Source: Thermodesulfobacteriota bacterium (GTDB lineage: Bacteria; Desulfobacterota_D; UBA1144; Nemesobacterales; Nemesobacteraceae). From it: 64,000 nt of DNA. This document shows positions 10,188 through 19,655 of the stretch, in pieces (positions within the stretch are counted from its first letter, which is position 1; every line of letters starts with the position of its first letter). The stretch covers positions 341,698 through 405,697 of the forward strand of contig OZ246948.1 in NCBI GenBank assembly GCA_965232155.1. The letters are read 5' to 3'. A program made the position numbers and the translations under genes. The notes beneath the pieces are model-generated. The model did not search any database. It was not told where the DNA came from and saw nothing but the letters and a program-made list of their open reading frames with translations.

Positions 10188-11480
10188 CTAGGTTCCCAGC
10201 AGCTTCTGGGCCTCCTCATCCGATTTCTCAAAATAAAACTTGGGATCGTTGCGCCCGGCTATAACGCTCTCGTCAATGACGCAGCGCGTCACCCCTTGCA
10301 GTGAAGGCACTTCATAGAAAACCTCAAGCATGATCGATTCTATGATGGCACGAAGCCCCCTGGCCCCGGTATTTCTCAAGACGGCTTCCCTGGCAATAGC
10401 TTTTCTCGCATCTTCCGTTATCTCCAGCTGCACTTTCTCGATTTCCATCATCTTCTCAAACTGCTTCACGATAGCGTTTTTGGGTTCAGTAAGAATTTCG
10501 ACCAGCTGCCCTTCGGTAAGTTCGTTCAGACTGGCGATAATCGGAACCCTACCGACAAATTCGGGAATCAGTCCGAACTGGACGAGATCCTCAGGCTGGA
10601 CCTTGTTAAGAAAGTTGCTTTCGTCCTCAGCAGCCCTGTTTGACAATTTAGCCCCGAAGCCGATGGACTTTTCCCCTATTCTCGCCCGGATAATATCCTC
10701 AAGGCCGCAGAAAGCACCACCGCATATGAAAAGGATGTTCGTGGTGTCCACTTGAGTAAATTCCTGCTGCGGATGCTTCCTTCCCCCCTTGGGAGGAACA
10801 TTTGCCAGAGTCCCTTCCATTATCTTGAGCAACGCCTGCTGCACGCCCTCTCCCGACACATCCCTCGTGATCGAGGGACTGTCGCTTGATTTGCGCGTGA
10901 GCTTGTCTATCTCGTCTATATAGATAATGCCTCCACGGGAAGCTTTTTCGACATCGTAGTTTGCCGCCTGAAGCAGACTCACTATCATGTTTTCCACATC
11001 CTCGCCCACGTAGCCGGCTTCCGTATAGCAGGTAGCGTCCACTATGGTGAAGGGAACGTCGAGAATCTTGGCCAGCGTCTGCGCAAGCAGGGTTTTTCCA
11101 GAACCTGTGGGTCCTATGAGAAGTATGTTGCTTTTCTCCACATCCACTTTGTCGCTTCTTCTCCTGCCGGATTCGTTAAACTGCATCCGCTTGTAGTGAT
11201 TGTAGACGGCAACGGAAAGTACCTTTTTGGCGTTTTCCTGACCTATTATGTATCCGTCAAGAAAGGACTTCATCTCCTGTGGGGTCGGAAAAGATTTCTT
11301 CGGTTTCGGAAAAGCAGTGTCCTTGGTTTTTTCTTCCGCTATGATCTGGTTGCAGAGATCTATGCACTCATCACAGATATAGACCCCATGGCCCGCTATT
11401 AGCTTGTTGATCTCTTCCTGATTCTTCCCGCAGAAAGAACAGTAGTGCTTCGTTTCTTCCCTGCCTTTTTTAGGACTCAT
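10188..11480 (-). CDS. clpX: ATP-dependent Clp protease ATP-binding subunit ClpX
   Basis: N-terminal zinc ribbon CSFCGK...CDEC. Walker A GPTGSGKT. Immediately downstream of clpP. Confidence 0.95.
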   Translation of the reverse strand: MSPKKGREETKHYCSFCGKNQEEINKLIAGHGVYICDECIDLCNQIIAEEKTKDTAFPKPKKSFPTPQEMKSFLDGYIIGQENAKKVLSVAVYNHYKRMQFNESGRRRSDKVDVEKSNILLIGPTGSGKTLLAQTLAKILDVPFTIVDATCYTEAGYVGEDVENMIVSLLQAANYDVEKASRGGIIYIDEIDKLTRKSSDSPSITRDVSGEGVQQALLKIMEGTLANVPPKGGRKHPQQEFTQVDTTNILFICGGAFCGLEDIIRARIGEKSIGFGAKLSNRAAEDESNFLNKVQPEDLVQFGLIPEFVGRVPIIASLNELTEGQLVEILTEPKNAIVKQFEKMMEIEKVQLEITEDARKAIAREAVLRNTGARGLRAIIESIMLEVFYEVPSLQGVTRCVIDESVIAGRNDPKFYFEKSDEEAQKLLGT

Positions 11481-12082
11481 CCGGTCGCCTCCTCCCTTTC
11501 GGTAATTATGGCATCCACTATACCGTAATCAATAGAATCCTGAGCGGTCATGAAAAAGTCTCTGTCCGTATCGCTCGCTATCTTCTCAAGAGTCTGCCCG
11601 GTGTGCTTCTCAAGTATGGAATTGAGCTGCTTTTTCACCCTGACGATCTCATTTGCGTGTATCTCTATGTCGCTTGCCTGCCCGGAAACGCCGCCGAGCA
11701 CCTGGTGAATCATCACTCTCGAGTGAGGCAGCGCGTACCTTTTGCCCGACGCGCCGCTCGCCAGAAGAACCGCGGCCATGCTGACCGCCTGCCCGATGCA
11801 TATGGTAGAGACTTCAGGCTTCACGTACTGTATGGTGTCGTAGATGGCAAGACCGGAGGTTACGTGCCCTCCGGGGGAGTTTATGTAGAGGTAAATAGGC
11901 GTCTCGGGGTTCTCGGATTCAAGAAAAAGGAGCTGGGCGATGACGACGTTGGCTACCGCGTCGTTTATATCGGAACCTATAAAGACGATCCTGTCCTTAA
12001 GGAGCCTCGAGAAGATATCGTAGCCCTGATCTCCTCTGCTCGTACGCTCAATAACGTAAGGTATGAAATCGGTTATCATCAA
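11477..12082 (-). CDS. clpP: ATP-dependent Clp protease proteolytic subunit ClpP
   Basis: MIHQVLGG and the GQAVSMAA active-site region. 201 aa. Overlaps the clpX start by 4 nt. Confidence 0.95.
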   Translation of the reverse strand: MMITDFIPYVIERTSRGDQGYDIFSRLLKDRIVFIGSDINDAVANVVIAQLLFLESENPETPIYLYINSPGGHVTSGLAIYDTIQYVKPEVSTICIGQAVSMAAVLLASGASGKRYALPHSRVMIHQVLGGVSGQASDIEIHANEIVRVKKQLNSILEKHTGQTLEKIASDTDRDFFMTAQDSIDYGIVDAIITEREEATG

Positions 12083-12103
12083 AAACCGATTATACTAAGC
12101 GGG

Positions 12104-13411
12104 TTATTCCTTGTCAATCTGCGCGGATTCGGGTTCCACTTCCTCAACCTGGGCCCGCTCGAGAAGAAGGTCCAAGACTCCGCGGGTTCTGATCTGGGAT
12201 TCCAGGTGCTCCCTAGTCCCCGGCTGTTCATAAGCCTTGTGCACCTGATCCGGGGGAAGATTGTATGAAGCGGCAAGGCGGTCTATGTGCTCGTTTAACT
12301 GCTTGCGGGTAACTCTCACGTTCTCCTTCTGGGCGATACGACCGAGAATTATGGATGTTCTGACGCTCTCGGCAGCTTTCTCGGTGAATTTCGGCGCCAC
12401 TTCCTCCCCGATCTCGGGCTCTGCGACTCCGCCTCTCTGCATGTCGGAGAGAAACCTCGTTTTAAGGCTTTCCTCCTCCTTTTCAAGCAGAGACGGAGGA
12501 ACGTCGAACTGGTTTTTCGAGAGAAGGTCGTCGACTATCTGCTCCCTCATGGATGAGAGCTGTTCGTCTTCATGAAGATGCTCAAGCTGCTCCTTTATGG
12601 CCCCTCGCAGCTCAGAAATACCCTCAACGTCAAAATCCTTAGCGAAATCATCGTCCGCCTCGGGCAGAATCCTGTCGTGAATCTCATTCACCTTGACGGT
12701 GAAACTGACGGTTTTCCCGGCAGCCTCGGATATCAGGAAATCTTCCGGGTAGGAAACCGAGAATTGAGCTTCCTCCCCCGCTTTCCTCCCAAGCAGGTTC
12801 TCTTCAAACTCGGGGGCAAACTGTTCTTCGCCCAGCAGGAACTTTACGTTCTGCCTGTTAAGATCGTCTATGGTTTCCCCGTCTTCAAAGGCACCGCTGT
12901 AGTCCACAAAAACGTAATCACCCTCCCTGGCAGGACGGTTCTCCTCGATAAGCCTTGACTGCGCAGACTTTTCCCTGAGTTTCTGCACCTCGGCGTCTAT
13001 ATCCTCTTCGGTTACCTGGCGAACAGTTTTCTTCACTGGAATTGAGCTGTAGTCAGAAAGCTCAAAATCGGGAACAACCTCGAATTCAGCCGAATAAGCG
13101 AACTCCTCTCCGGTTTTCACTTCGCCCATCTCCGTAATGTCTGGGCGCGTTACCGGCAGAAGCGAACGCTCCGCAAGGGCTTCGGACAAGGTTTCCGATA
13201 CAAGGCTAGACGCGGTTTCCTGATCGACCTCCTTTCCGTACATGGACTCGACCACGTGGCGTGGGACCTTTCCCTTTCTAAACCCCTTGACGCTCACTCC
13301 CCCCATAACATCGCGGAACACGGAATTTCTTTTTTCCGCAACCTGATCTGAGGAAAGAGAAACCCTTATCTTTTTTCTGGTGCTGTCAATATGCTCAACA
13401 TCTATCTTCAT
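12104..13411 (-). CDS. tig: Trigger factor
   Basis: 435 aa. N-terminal GFRKGKVP ribosome-binding motif. Canonical tig-clpP-clpX order. Confidence 0.9.
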   Translation of the reverse strand: MKIDVEHIDSTRKKIRVSLSSDQVAEKRNSVFRDVMGGVSVKGFRKGKVPRHVVESMYGKEVDQETASSLVSETLSEALAERSLLPVTRPDITEMGEVKTGEEFAYSAEFEVVPDFELSDYSSIPVKKTVRQVTEEDIDAEVQKLREKSAQSRLIEENRPAREGDYVFVDYSGAFEDGETIDDLNRQNVKFLLGEEQFAPEFEENLLGRKAGEEAQFSVSYPEDFLISEAAGKTVSFTVKVNEIHDRILPEADDDFAKDFDVEGISELRGAIKEQLEHLHEDEQLSSMREQIVDDLLSKNQFDVPPSLLEKEEESLKTRFLSDMQRGGVAEPEIGEEVAPKFTEKAAESVRTSIILGRIAQKENVRVTRKQLNEHIDRLAASYNLPPDQVHKAYEQPGTREHLESQIRTRGVLDLLLERAQVEEVEPESAQIDKE

Positions 13412-13567
13412 TTAGTCTAAAACCCCTCGTAAAGAATTCAGGTAAACATATATAATTATTCGTAAAATACCAAGATCCCCGGCAACGCAAATCAGATTCT
13501 TAAAGTTAAACTCAGAAATCGAACGGCAACATCAATCGTACGCCACTTTTTGAGTGTCGTACGCGAG

Positions 13568-15499
13568 TTACAAATGTTTTTCCCGGTATACGTAATTTCG
13601 TGCAAACAACGAAAAGGCAAGCAGAAGCAGGATAGCTTGGGGAACTGCGGTCTCATAAGAAGGATATATCCCGAGAGTATCCATGTAAGGAATGAAATCC
13701 GCCGTAGTAGAGGAAATAATTCCCGCCTCCTGGAGTTCAAGTATTCCCTTGCCGAGCAGTATGAAGCAGAGAAGGTAGAGGAAAACGCTCGTGAAGGAAA
13801 AGAAGTACTTAAGAGGAATCCTGAGGGTAAACCTGTACATAAGAAAAGCTATAACGAACACGACCGCCACCCCCGCAACAAGTCCATAGATCACGTGTGG
13901 CGTGGATGAAGCGGTCTGGTAGAAAAGCGCCTGGTAAAAAAGCATTGTCTCGAAAGCTTCCCTGTAGACGGCAAGAAACGAAACGAAAGCAAGAGTAAGA
14001 CCGCTTCTTCGGGTAAGCGCGCCCTGGGTCTTCGAGCGGACGTATTCCTTCCATTTTTTCACGTCTGCCTTTGAGATAAGCCAGTAACTCACGTAAAAAA
14101 GAATCACCGCTGCCAAAAGGGAAGTCACTCCTTCCACAATCTCCCTCCTGGCCCCCGAGAGATCTATTATGGTTCTTGCCGCGACCCATGTCGCCAGTCC
14201 CGCAAAAATGGCAAGCACCCACCCGTAGTGAACGTACCTGATCATCCCGCGGTTACCTGAATGCGCCAAGGCGGCGATAATGGCCGCGATTATAAGCAGA
14301 GCCTCAAGCGCCTCCCTCAGTATTATGGCAAAGGAATTGACAAAACTGAGGTATTTGCCGAGAGATGAACCGCCTTGCAGGATGCGTTCAGACTCGCGAA
14401 GGTCCTCCTCTATGCTGGCTTTTAGATCATGAAGCTCGGAGGAGTCCCGGTCGGACATCACCAATGATCTGAAAAATCCCATTTTTTTCTCGACTCTGAG
14501 AACAAGCGATCTTTTTTTAGAAACAAGCGCGGGCTCGATTCTCTGGAAGCCTCCTAGGTAACCGTCAAGGGCTTCCCTGAATGCCTCGTCTTTTCTGCCG
14601 GCTTCATGAAGATTGATCGCTTCTGCAAGCTTCCTCATTGTATGGTCTATAGCTTCGGATGCGCCTCCAGCAATTCCATCCCGAAGATAAGCGGTTCTGA
14701 GGTAAAAGAGAACATTCTGGTCGCTGCCCCCGGCTCCGGCATTAAGAAGAATCTCCGCATTGCTGGCCAAGGCGAGATTCTCAAGCTTCTTTACATCTCG
14801 GGGAATATTCTCCGTGGAAAAACCCGAAGTGCCACCCGGGGGAATGTCCGGATACCCCAGAGAGAGAACGTAAAATGCAATGTCCCATTTCTGTTCTTCG
14901 TCAAGCACCTCTTCAAACGAGGCCATTGCAGTACCTTCGATTCCAAAAGTTGTAGTATTGTAAACTTTAAAGGGCGAGAGCCCCTGATTTATATCGGAGG
15001 CCGTGAAATCCGTGGGAGGAGGGTTGAGAGTCTTGGAAAAAGCCTCGTCCGGCTTTCCAGAAAGCCCGTGACAGGAGGAACAGTTCTCCGCGTAAAGCGC
15101 TTTTCCACTTTCATAATCAGGAATCTTCGTCGGGTAAGGCTTGATGTCATAGGCAGAAATGATCCGTCCCTTAAGTTCATTTGCAAGGCTTTCCACCTCG
15201 GAGACTGATCCTTTGGATACTATAATTGAGTGCAGAAGAGCAAATTTTTCAGAAAAATCGGCGGTTTCTGGCTTTTTCTCAGGAATCTTTTCCCACAGTT
15301 CCACAGATGCGGAAGAGAAATCAAGCATCTCCTGATATTCAAATTCGCTTATGATCTTCCCTTCTTCTACGGCATTTGCGTAATCTCCTCCTATGTAGTC
15401 CACAAGAGAGAGGATTCTGTCTATCTCCGCGGCATAAGAGGGCCTTGGAAAAAGAAAAAATATGAGAACTGACAAATAGAAGAAACTTTTTTTAAGCAT
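13568..15499 (-). CDS. Cytochrome c - FTR1 family iron permease fusion protein
   Basis: Signal peptide. Heme-binding CSSCH with a distal Met (GTAMAS) in a mono-heme cytochrome c domain. C-terminal polytopic domain with the two FTR1 RExxE motifs (REALEAL and YREAFET). Confidence 0.8.
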   Translation of the reverse strand: MLKKSFFYLSVLIFFLFPRPSYAAEIDRILSLVDYIGGDYANAVEEGKIISEFEYQEMLDFSSASVELWEKIPEKKPETADFSEKFALLHSIIVSKGSVSEVESLANELKGRIISAYDIKPYPTKIPDYESGKALYAENCSSCHGLSGKPDEAFSKTLNPPPTDFTASDINQGLSPFKVYNTTTFGIEGTAMASFEEVLDEEQKWDIAFYVLSLGYPDIPPGGTSGFSTENIPRDVKKLENLALASNAEILLNAGAGGSDQNVLFYLRTAYLRDGIAGGASEAIDHTMRKLAEAINLHEAGRKDEAFREALDGYLGGFQRIEPALVSKKRSLVLRVEKKMGFFRSLVMSDRDSSELHDLKASIEEDLRESERILQGGSSLGKYLSFVNSFAIILREALEALLIIAAIIAALAHSGNRGMIRYVHYGWVLAIFAGLATWVAARTIIDLSGARREIVEGVTSLLAAVILFYVSYWLISKADVKKWKEYVRSKTQGALTRRSGLTLAFVSFLAVYREAFETMLFYQALFYQTASSTPHVIYGLVAGVAVVFVIAFLMYRFTLRIPLKYFFSFTSVFLYLLCFILLGKGILELQEAGIISSTTADFIPYMDTLGIYPSYETAVPQAILLLLAFSLFARNYVYREKHL

Positions 15500-15679
15500 A
15501 GCCCGCGGATATATTCCCGTATTGGGGGTCAGGGAAGGTACTTTTTACCATTCTAGACCTTTATTGTCAATAATTCTCATCATCGTCGTGATTTTCGCCT
15601 TTAGCAGATGGTTCCGGGAAGAAAATCGGATGAGTAATTCAGCTGATTGTCCCACTTGCAAATATTTTTAAAAGAATTC

Positions 15680-15722
15680 TTGACATCATCACTCCAGAAT
15701 GTTATTAATCCATATCATGGAT
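15680..15722 (+). promoter_or_regulatory. Putative sigma70 promoter (TTGACA-17nt-TATTAA) for the porin gene, with an overlapping operator-like palindrome ATCCAT-ATC-ATGGAT
   Basis: ttgaca at 15680-15685. tattaa at 15703-15708. Perfect 6-bp inverted repeat with a 3-bp spacer at 15708-15722, in the divergent region between the FTR1 gene and the porin gene. Confidence 0.35.
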
Positions 15723-15789
15723 ATTAAATATCCACAATATCTAGTAATTATGCAACCCTAACAGGTCGCAAGAAGGAGGATGTCAACAG

Positions 15790-17103
15790 ATGTTTAATTA
15801 TACAAAACAGTGGAGAATTCTTTTTGTCTTTTTCCTGATTTTTTCACTCGCAGGCACGCAGATTTCTCTAGCGGGTCCAGCTTCTGAGGAAAAGATAAAA
15901 AAGCTTGAGGAGCAGATAAAGATTCTGGCGGATGAGATAGAAGCCATAAAGTCCGCTTCGGTAACGGAGCCTCCGGTCTATGAGACGGAATTCGGGGTGG
16001 CACCCGCGGCATCAAAAGTCTACAGGGTTGACCAGGGAGTATCGTTCGGGGGCTACGGTGAACTGCTTATAGCCAACGTAAAAGAGGACTCGCACGACAT
16101 AGTGGATACCCTGAGACTTGTTCTCTATAACGGCTACAAGTACAACGACCACATAGTTTTTAACTCGGAAATAGAATTCGAGCACGGTACGACGGGAAGC
16201 AATAAGGATGGAAAAGAGGGATCGGCATCGGTTGAGTTTGCGCTGATTGATTTTCTTATAAGCGATGAGTTCAACCTGAGAGCCGGACTTCTTCTGACTC
16301 CTTTCGGAATCGTAAACGAGATTCACGAGCCGACGACGTTTTACGGAGTGGGTAGACCCGAGGTGGAAAGGCGGATAATTCCGAGTACATGGAGAGAGTC
16401 CGGAGCCGGTGCACACGGAACGTTTGATCTGGGCAGCGCCGGGGACCTCTCTTACAGGGCCTACGCAATGTCGAGCGCCGATGCTCGGGGATTCAAGGCA
16501 TCGGACAACAGGAGTCTTCGGATCAAGGGAAACAGGGCAAGATTCGACGACATAGCTTTTGTCGGAAGACTTGAGTACGACCCGATTCCAGGGATTAAAA
16601 TCGGAGGGTCCGTTTTTTACGGCAACACGGGACAGGATGAAGAAGTTAACGGCCAGACGATAGACGGCCTTTTCCAAATGTACGAAGTTGACGCGCAGTT
16701 TCAGTATGCAGGGTTAGACCTGAGAGCTCTATCAGTCTGGACCAGGTTGGATGACGCCGCACTTATAAACCAACTCAATGAGTATGAAGGCAACAAATCC
16801 GTCGGGGAAGAACAGTCCGGCTGGTATGTTCTCGGAGCATACAACATCTTCTCTGCGCTTAACTCCGGAAGCAGATACCTGGAGTATCTGGCGCCTTTTT
16901 TCCGGTATGAACAATTTGATACGCAGGAAAAGGTTCCCGCCGGGTTTGAAAGAGACCCCGCCAATGACAGGACCCAGTACACTATCGGGGTAAATTACAA
17001 GCCGATTCCAAACGTGGTCATAAAAGCTGAGTATCAGAATCTCGACAATGCCGCAGATGAGGCAAAGGATCAGTTCAATTTCGGGCTTGGATATGTGTTT
17101 TAG
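15790..17103 (+). CDS. Outer membrane porin (beta-barrel) with an N-terminal coiled-coil segment
   Basis: Signal peptide. Coiled-coil KIKKLEEQIKILADEIEAIK. Alternating amphipathic beta strands. C-terminal FNFGLGYVF ends in an aromatic residue. Paralogous to the porin at 55723-56994. Confidence 0.55.
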   Translation: MFNYTKQWRILFVFFLIFSLAGTQISLAGPASEEKIKKLEEQIKILADEIEAIKSASVTEPPVYETEFGVAPAASKVYRVDQGVSFGGYGELLIANVKEDSHDIVDTLRLVLYNGYKYNDHIVFNSEIEFEHGTTGSNKDGKEGSASVEFALIDFLISDEFNLRAGLLLTPFGIVNEIHEPTTFYGVGRPEVERRIIPSTWRESGAGAHGTFDLGSAGDLSYRAYAMSSADARGFKASDNRSLRIKGNRARFDDIAFVGRLEYDPIPGIKIGGSVFYGNTGQDEEVNGQTIDGLFQMYEVDAQFQYAGLDLRALSVWTRLDDAALINQLNEYEGNKSVGEEQSGWYVLGAYNIFSALNSGSRYLEYLAPFFRYEQFDTQEKVPAGFERDPANDRTQYTIGVNYKPIPNVVIKAEYQNLDNAADEAKDQFNFGLGYVF

Positions 17104-17219
17104 GATACAGGACTTAAATCCGCGATAAACGGGCGCGGGTTTATGCTTCTTTTTTTTCTCTCTCTTTTTCTCTCTTAAAAAAGGGCAATATTCAGATAGA
17201 ATGTTGCCCTTCCTTAATT

Positions 17220-17771
17220 ATGATTGCAAGAAGCCTCATCTTAATAACGCTTGTATTTTTTCTGCATGGCGCCGGAGATGCCTCAGCCAAGGTCTTTCTT
17301 ACCAAGGGCAAGGCGCTTGAGCTCGTTTTCCCTGAAGCAGAAGAAATAGAAAAAAGACACGTTTTCCTCACCAAATCCCAAGCCGAGAGAGTACGCACAA
17401 TGGCAAAGGTCGAGGTGGATTCAAGACTTTATACCTTCTACATAGCAAAATCCGGCGGGAAGGAGACAGGCTACGGGGTTATCGACACCCACACTCTTCG
17501 GACCCTGACCGAAACCGTAATGTTCGTAATAAATCCCGACGGGACGCTCCGCCACGCTGAAACTCTCGCATTTTTCGAACCCACGGATTACATGCCGAGC
17601 GGAAAATGGATAAACTTGTTTCTGGAAAAAACCAGGATGGACAGAATGAAGGTAGGAAGAGGAGTTCCCAACATTACCGGAGCCACGATAAGTGCTGTAT
17701 CTTTTTCGCAAGCTACGAGAAGAGTTCTCTCCGTCTACAGAGTCACCTTCGGCATTCCGGCTGATTCCTGA
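17220..17771 (+). CDS. Secreted FMN-binding domain protein carrying an ApbE flavinylation motif
   Basis: Signal peptide MIARSLILITLVFFLHGAGDASA. C-terminal FMN_bind-type sequence GVPNITGATISAVSFSQATRRV containing the (S/T)GAT(S/T) covalent-flavinylation consensus. Confidence 0.7.
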   Translation: MIARSLILITLVFFLHGAGDASAKVFLTKGKALELVFPEAEEIEKRHVFLTKSQAERVRTMAKVEVDSRLYTFYIAKSGGKETGYGVIDTHTLRTLTETVMFVINPDGTLRHAETLAFFEPTDYMPSGKWINLFLEKTRMDRMKVGRGVPNITGATISAVSFSQATRRVLSVYRVTFGIPADS

Positions 17772-17791
17772 TCATCCATTTAGGAGAAAAA

Positions 17792-18283
17792 ATGAAATTC
17801 TTCATTTCAACGGACATAAGAAAAAACGACCTGTTAAAACTTGTCGTTCTGCTCACAACGATTTTCTTCCTCTTTTTGTGGCTGACCAACCTTCTGCTTT
17901 TCCTGAAGGTGGGATTCAGTTATGAAAGCGTTGTTGAGTACTATAGGGGCTCTGAGGAAAGTTTCAGGCCTCCGAGGAGCTATCTTGGGCTGCTTGAAGA
18001 AGCTCATTTCCACTTTTTCTCAATGGCCGTTTTACTGGTAACGCTCAATCATCTCTTTCTTTTTACCAACAGAAGCTCTGCCGAAAAACTTCTCGTCATA
18101 ATAGCATCTTACGGCTCCGCCTTCCTCGATATAGCCGGCGGCTGGCTGGTAAGGTACGTAAGCGCCGAGTTTGCCTATGTTAAGATCGGCTCTTTTGTCG
18201 TCCTTCAGATAGCTCTTCTTTACCTGATCATTTTCGTAACGTTTTATCTCTACAGGAAAAAACCCGAGTATCCGAAGTCGTAG
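17792..18283 (+). CDS. Small integral membrane protein, function unknown
   Basis: 163 aa with about four predicted TM helices. Located 20 nt downstream of the FMN-binding gene. Confidence 0.4.
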   Translation: MKFFISTDIRKNDLLKLVVLLTTIFFLFLWLTNLLLFLKVGFSYESVVEYYRGSEESFRPPRSYLGLLEEAHFHFFSMAVLLVTLNHLFLFTNRSSAEKLLVIIASYGSAFLDIAGGWLVRYVSAEFAYVKIGSFVVLQIALLYLIIFVTFYLYRKKPEYPKS

Positions 18284-18308
18284 CGGCGACTTCCCCTCAC
18301 CCTTAACC

Positions 18309-19286
18309 CTATGGGCATGCGTAAGACCCGAAGCAAGACCTTTTCTCTCCGTTTTTCCCAACGAGCAGAAACCCCAGGGATTTATCCTTCCGGGAAAACA
18401 TCTTTGCACCACGCGGACCCAGAACCGAAACGGCAGTCGAGAAAACATCGGCTTCCGTAGCGGTTTTGGAAACGGCTACAACGGAAGTCATATCCTCGGC
18501 AGGCCAACCCGTCCTGGGGTCAATTATATGAGAGTACTTCTTCCCGGCGTGCTCAAAGTAGCGCTCGTAATCTCCCGAAGTCGCCACACCCTTATTCACA
18601 AGATCAAGCTTCGAGATGATTTCACTTCCGCTCCCGGGTTTTCTTACTCCCACATCCCAGAATTTTTTGCCTGCGGGAGGATTCATCGCGTATATGTTTC
18701 CCCCGAAATTCACAAGTCCTCTCGTGATTCCGCTCTCCTTGGCGATTCTCACCATCTCGTCAACCGCGTAGCCTTTTCCTATAGCTCCGAAGTCGAGCCT
18801 GACGCAGTCGCCATCAAGAAAAACCTGGGATTTAGCTTCGTCTATCTTTATTTTGCGAAAACCCGTACACCCAAGCGCATCGCGGATCCGTGAGGGGGCG
18901 GGTAACCGCCCCGCCCTGGTCTCAGCCCGCCAGAGTTCGAAAAGACTGCCGATAGTTATGTCAAAAGCCCCCTCAGTAAGCTCTGAGTACTTAATCGAGG
19001 TCCGCACAAGACGCAGAAATTCCCCGGGAACGGAAACGGGGCCGACTCCCGCATTTCTGTTCACCTCAGCAAGAACGCTGTCATCCCTGTAGTTACTGAA
19101 AAGCCGGTCTATTTCCTTGGTTCTCTCAACGCAGGCATCAACAACCCGGTGGAAGAGCTCCTCGCTCGGGGAATAAAACTTGAGTTCCATCGTTGAACCC
19201 ATCGAGTAAAAGGATCTCTCGTAAAGATTCTCCGTACCGTGGGAACAGGAACAAAAAAGCAGAACTAGAAGCCCAAGAAGGCGCAT
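18309..19286 (-). CDS. apbE: FAD:protein FMN transferase (ApbE family) lipoprotein
   Basis: Lipobox LLFCSC. ApbE motifs GAIGKGYAVD, VNFGGNIYAMN and GVATSGDYERYFEHAGKKYSHIIDPRTGWP. Confidence 0.85.
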   Translation of the reverse strand: MRLLGLLVLLFCSCSHGTENLYERSFYSMGSTMELKFYSPSEELFHRVVDACVERTKEIDRLFSNYRDDSVLAEVNRNAGVGPVSVPGEFLRLVRTSIKYSELTEGAFDITIGSLFELWRAETRAGRLPAPSRIRDALGCTGFRKIKIDEAKSQVFLDGDCVRLDFGAIGKGYAVDEMVRIAKESGITRGLVNFGGNIYAMNPPAGKKFWDVGVRKPGSGSEIISKLDLVNKGVATSGDYERYFEHAGKKYSHIIDPRTGWPAEDMTSVVAVSKTATEADVFSTAVSVLGPRGAKMFSRKDKSLGFLLVGKNGEKRSCFGSYACP

Positions 19287-19314
19287 ATTCTGAAAATTAC
19301 GTAAAGCGTTTTTC

Positions 19315-19396
19315 TGCGAGAGGAGGGAGTCGAACCCTCACACCCTAAGGTACTAGATCCTAAATCTAGCGCGTCTGCCTGTTCCGCCACTCTCGC
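19315..19396 (-). tRNA. tRNA-Leu (anticodon TAG), class II with long variable arm
   Basis: Manually folded. Acceptor stem gcgagag/ctctcgc. Anticodon loop tttagga. 13-nt variable arm. T-loop ttcgact. Confidence 0.75.
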
Positions 19397-19467
19397 CCTT
19401 TACAGTCAAAAACCGGTAAGCACCCGGAATCATATTTCCGGACAGTGCCGTAAGACGCAAAATGAAG

Positions 19468-19541
19468 TGGGCTGCGAGGGATTCGAACCCACGACCGACT
19501 GATTAAGAGTCAGCTGCTCTACCAGACTGAGCTAGCAGCCC
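19468..19541 (-). tRNA. tRNA-Lys (anticodon CTT)
   Basis: Acceptor stem gggctgc/gcagccc. D-arm gctcagtctggtagagc. Anticodon loop ctcttaa. T-loop ttcgaat, with one U-U mismatch in the T-stem. Confidence 0.65.
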
Positions 19542-19655
19542 GCAAACAGAATAACAGAAAAGAAAATAAATAAAAACCGAAATGTTCGCCGGTCGCAGCA
19601 ACTGAAAATCCTTCGCTTTTTTGAACTCCCCTCCAACCATTGTATATTTTTTAGA

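Noticed and set aside
11603-12268. 221-aa plus-strand ORF
   Set aside because: Antisense across the clpP/tig junction. Both sense genes are highly conserved.
14606-15208. 200-aa plus-strand ORF
   Set aside because: Antisense shadow ORF inside the cytochrome c-FTR1 gene.
16012-16677. 221-aa minus-strand ORF
   Set aside because: Antisense to the porin gene at 15790-17103. The porin frame has a signal peptide, beta-barrel periodicity and a C-terminal aromatic residue; this frame has none.
17104-17219. Possible rho-independent terminator after the porin gene (hairpin CCGCG-N9-CGCGG followed by a T-run) and a second hairpin GGGCAA-N14-TTGCCC
   Set aside because: The stem is short (5 bp) and the T-run starts about 8 nt after the stem. 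Without folding-energy calculation or RNA-seq 3' ends this is not confident enough to list as a feature.
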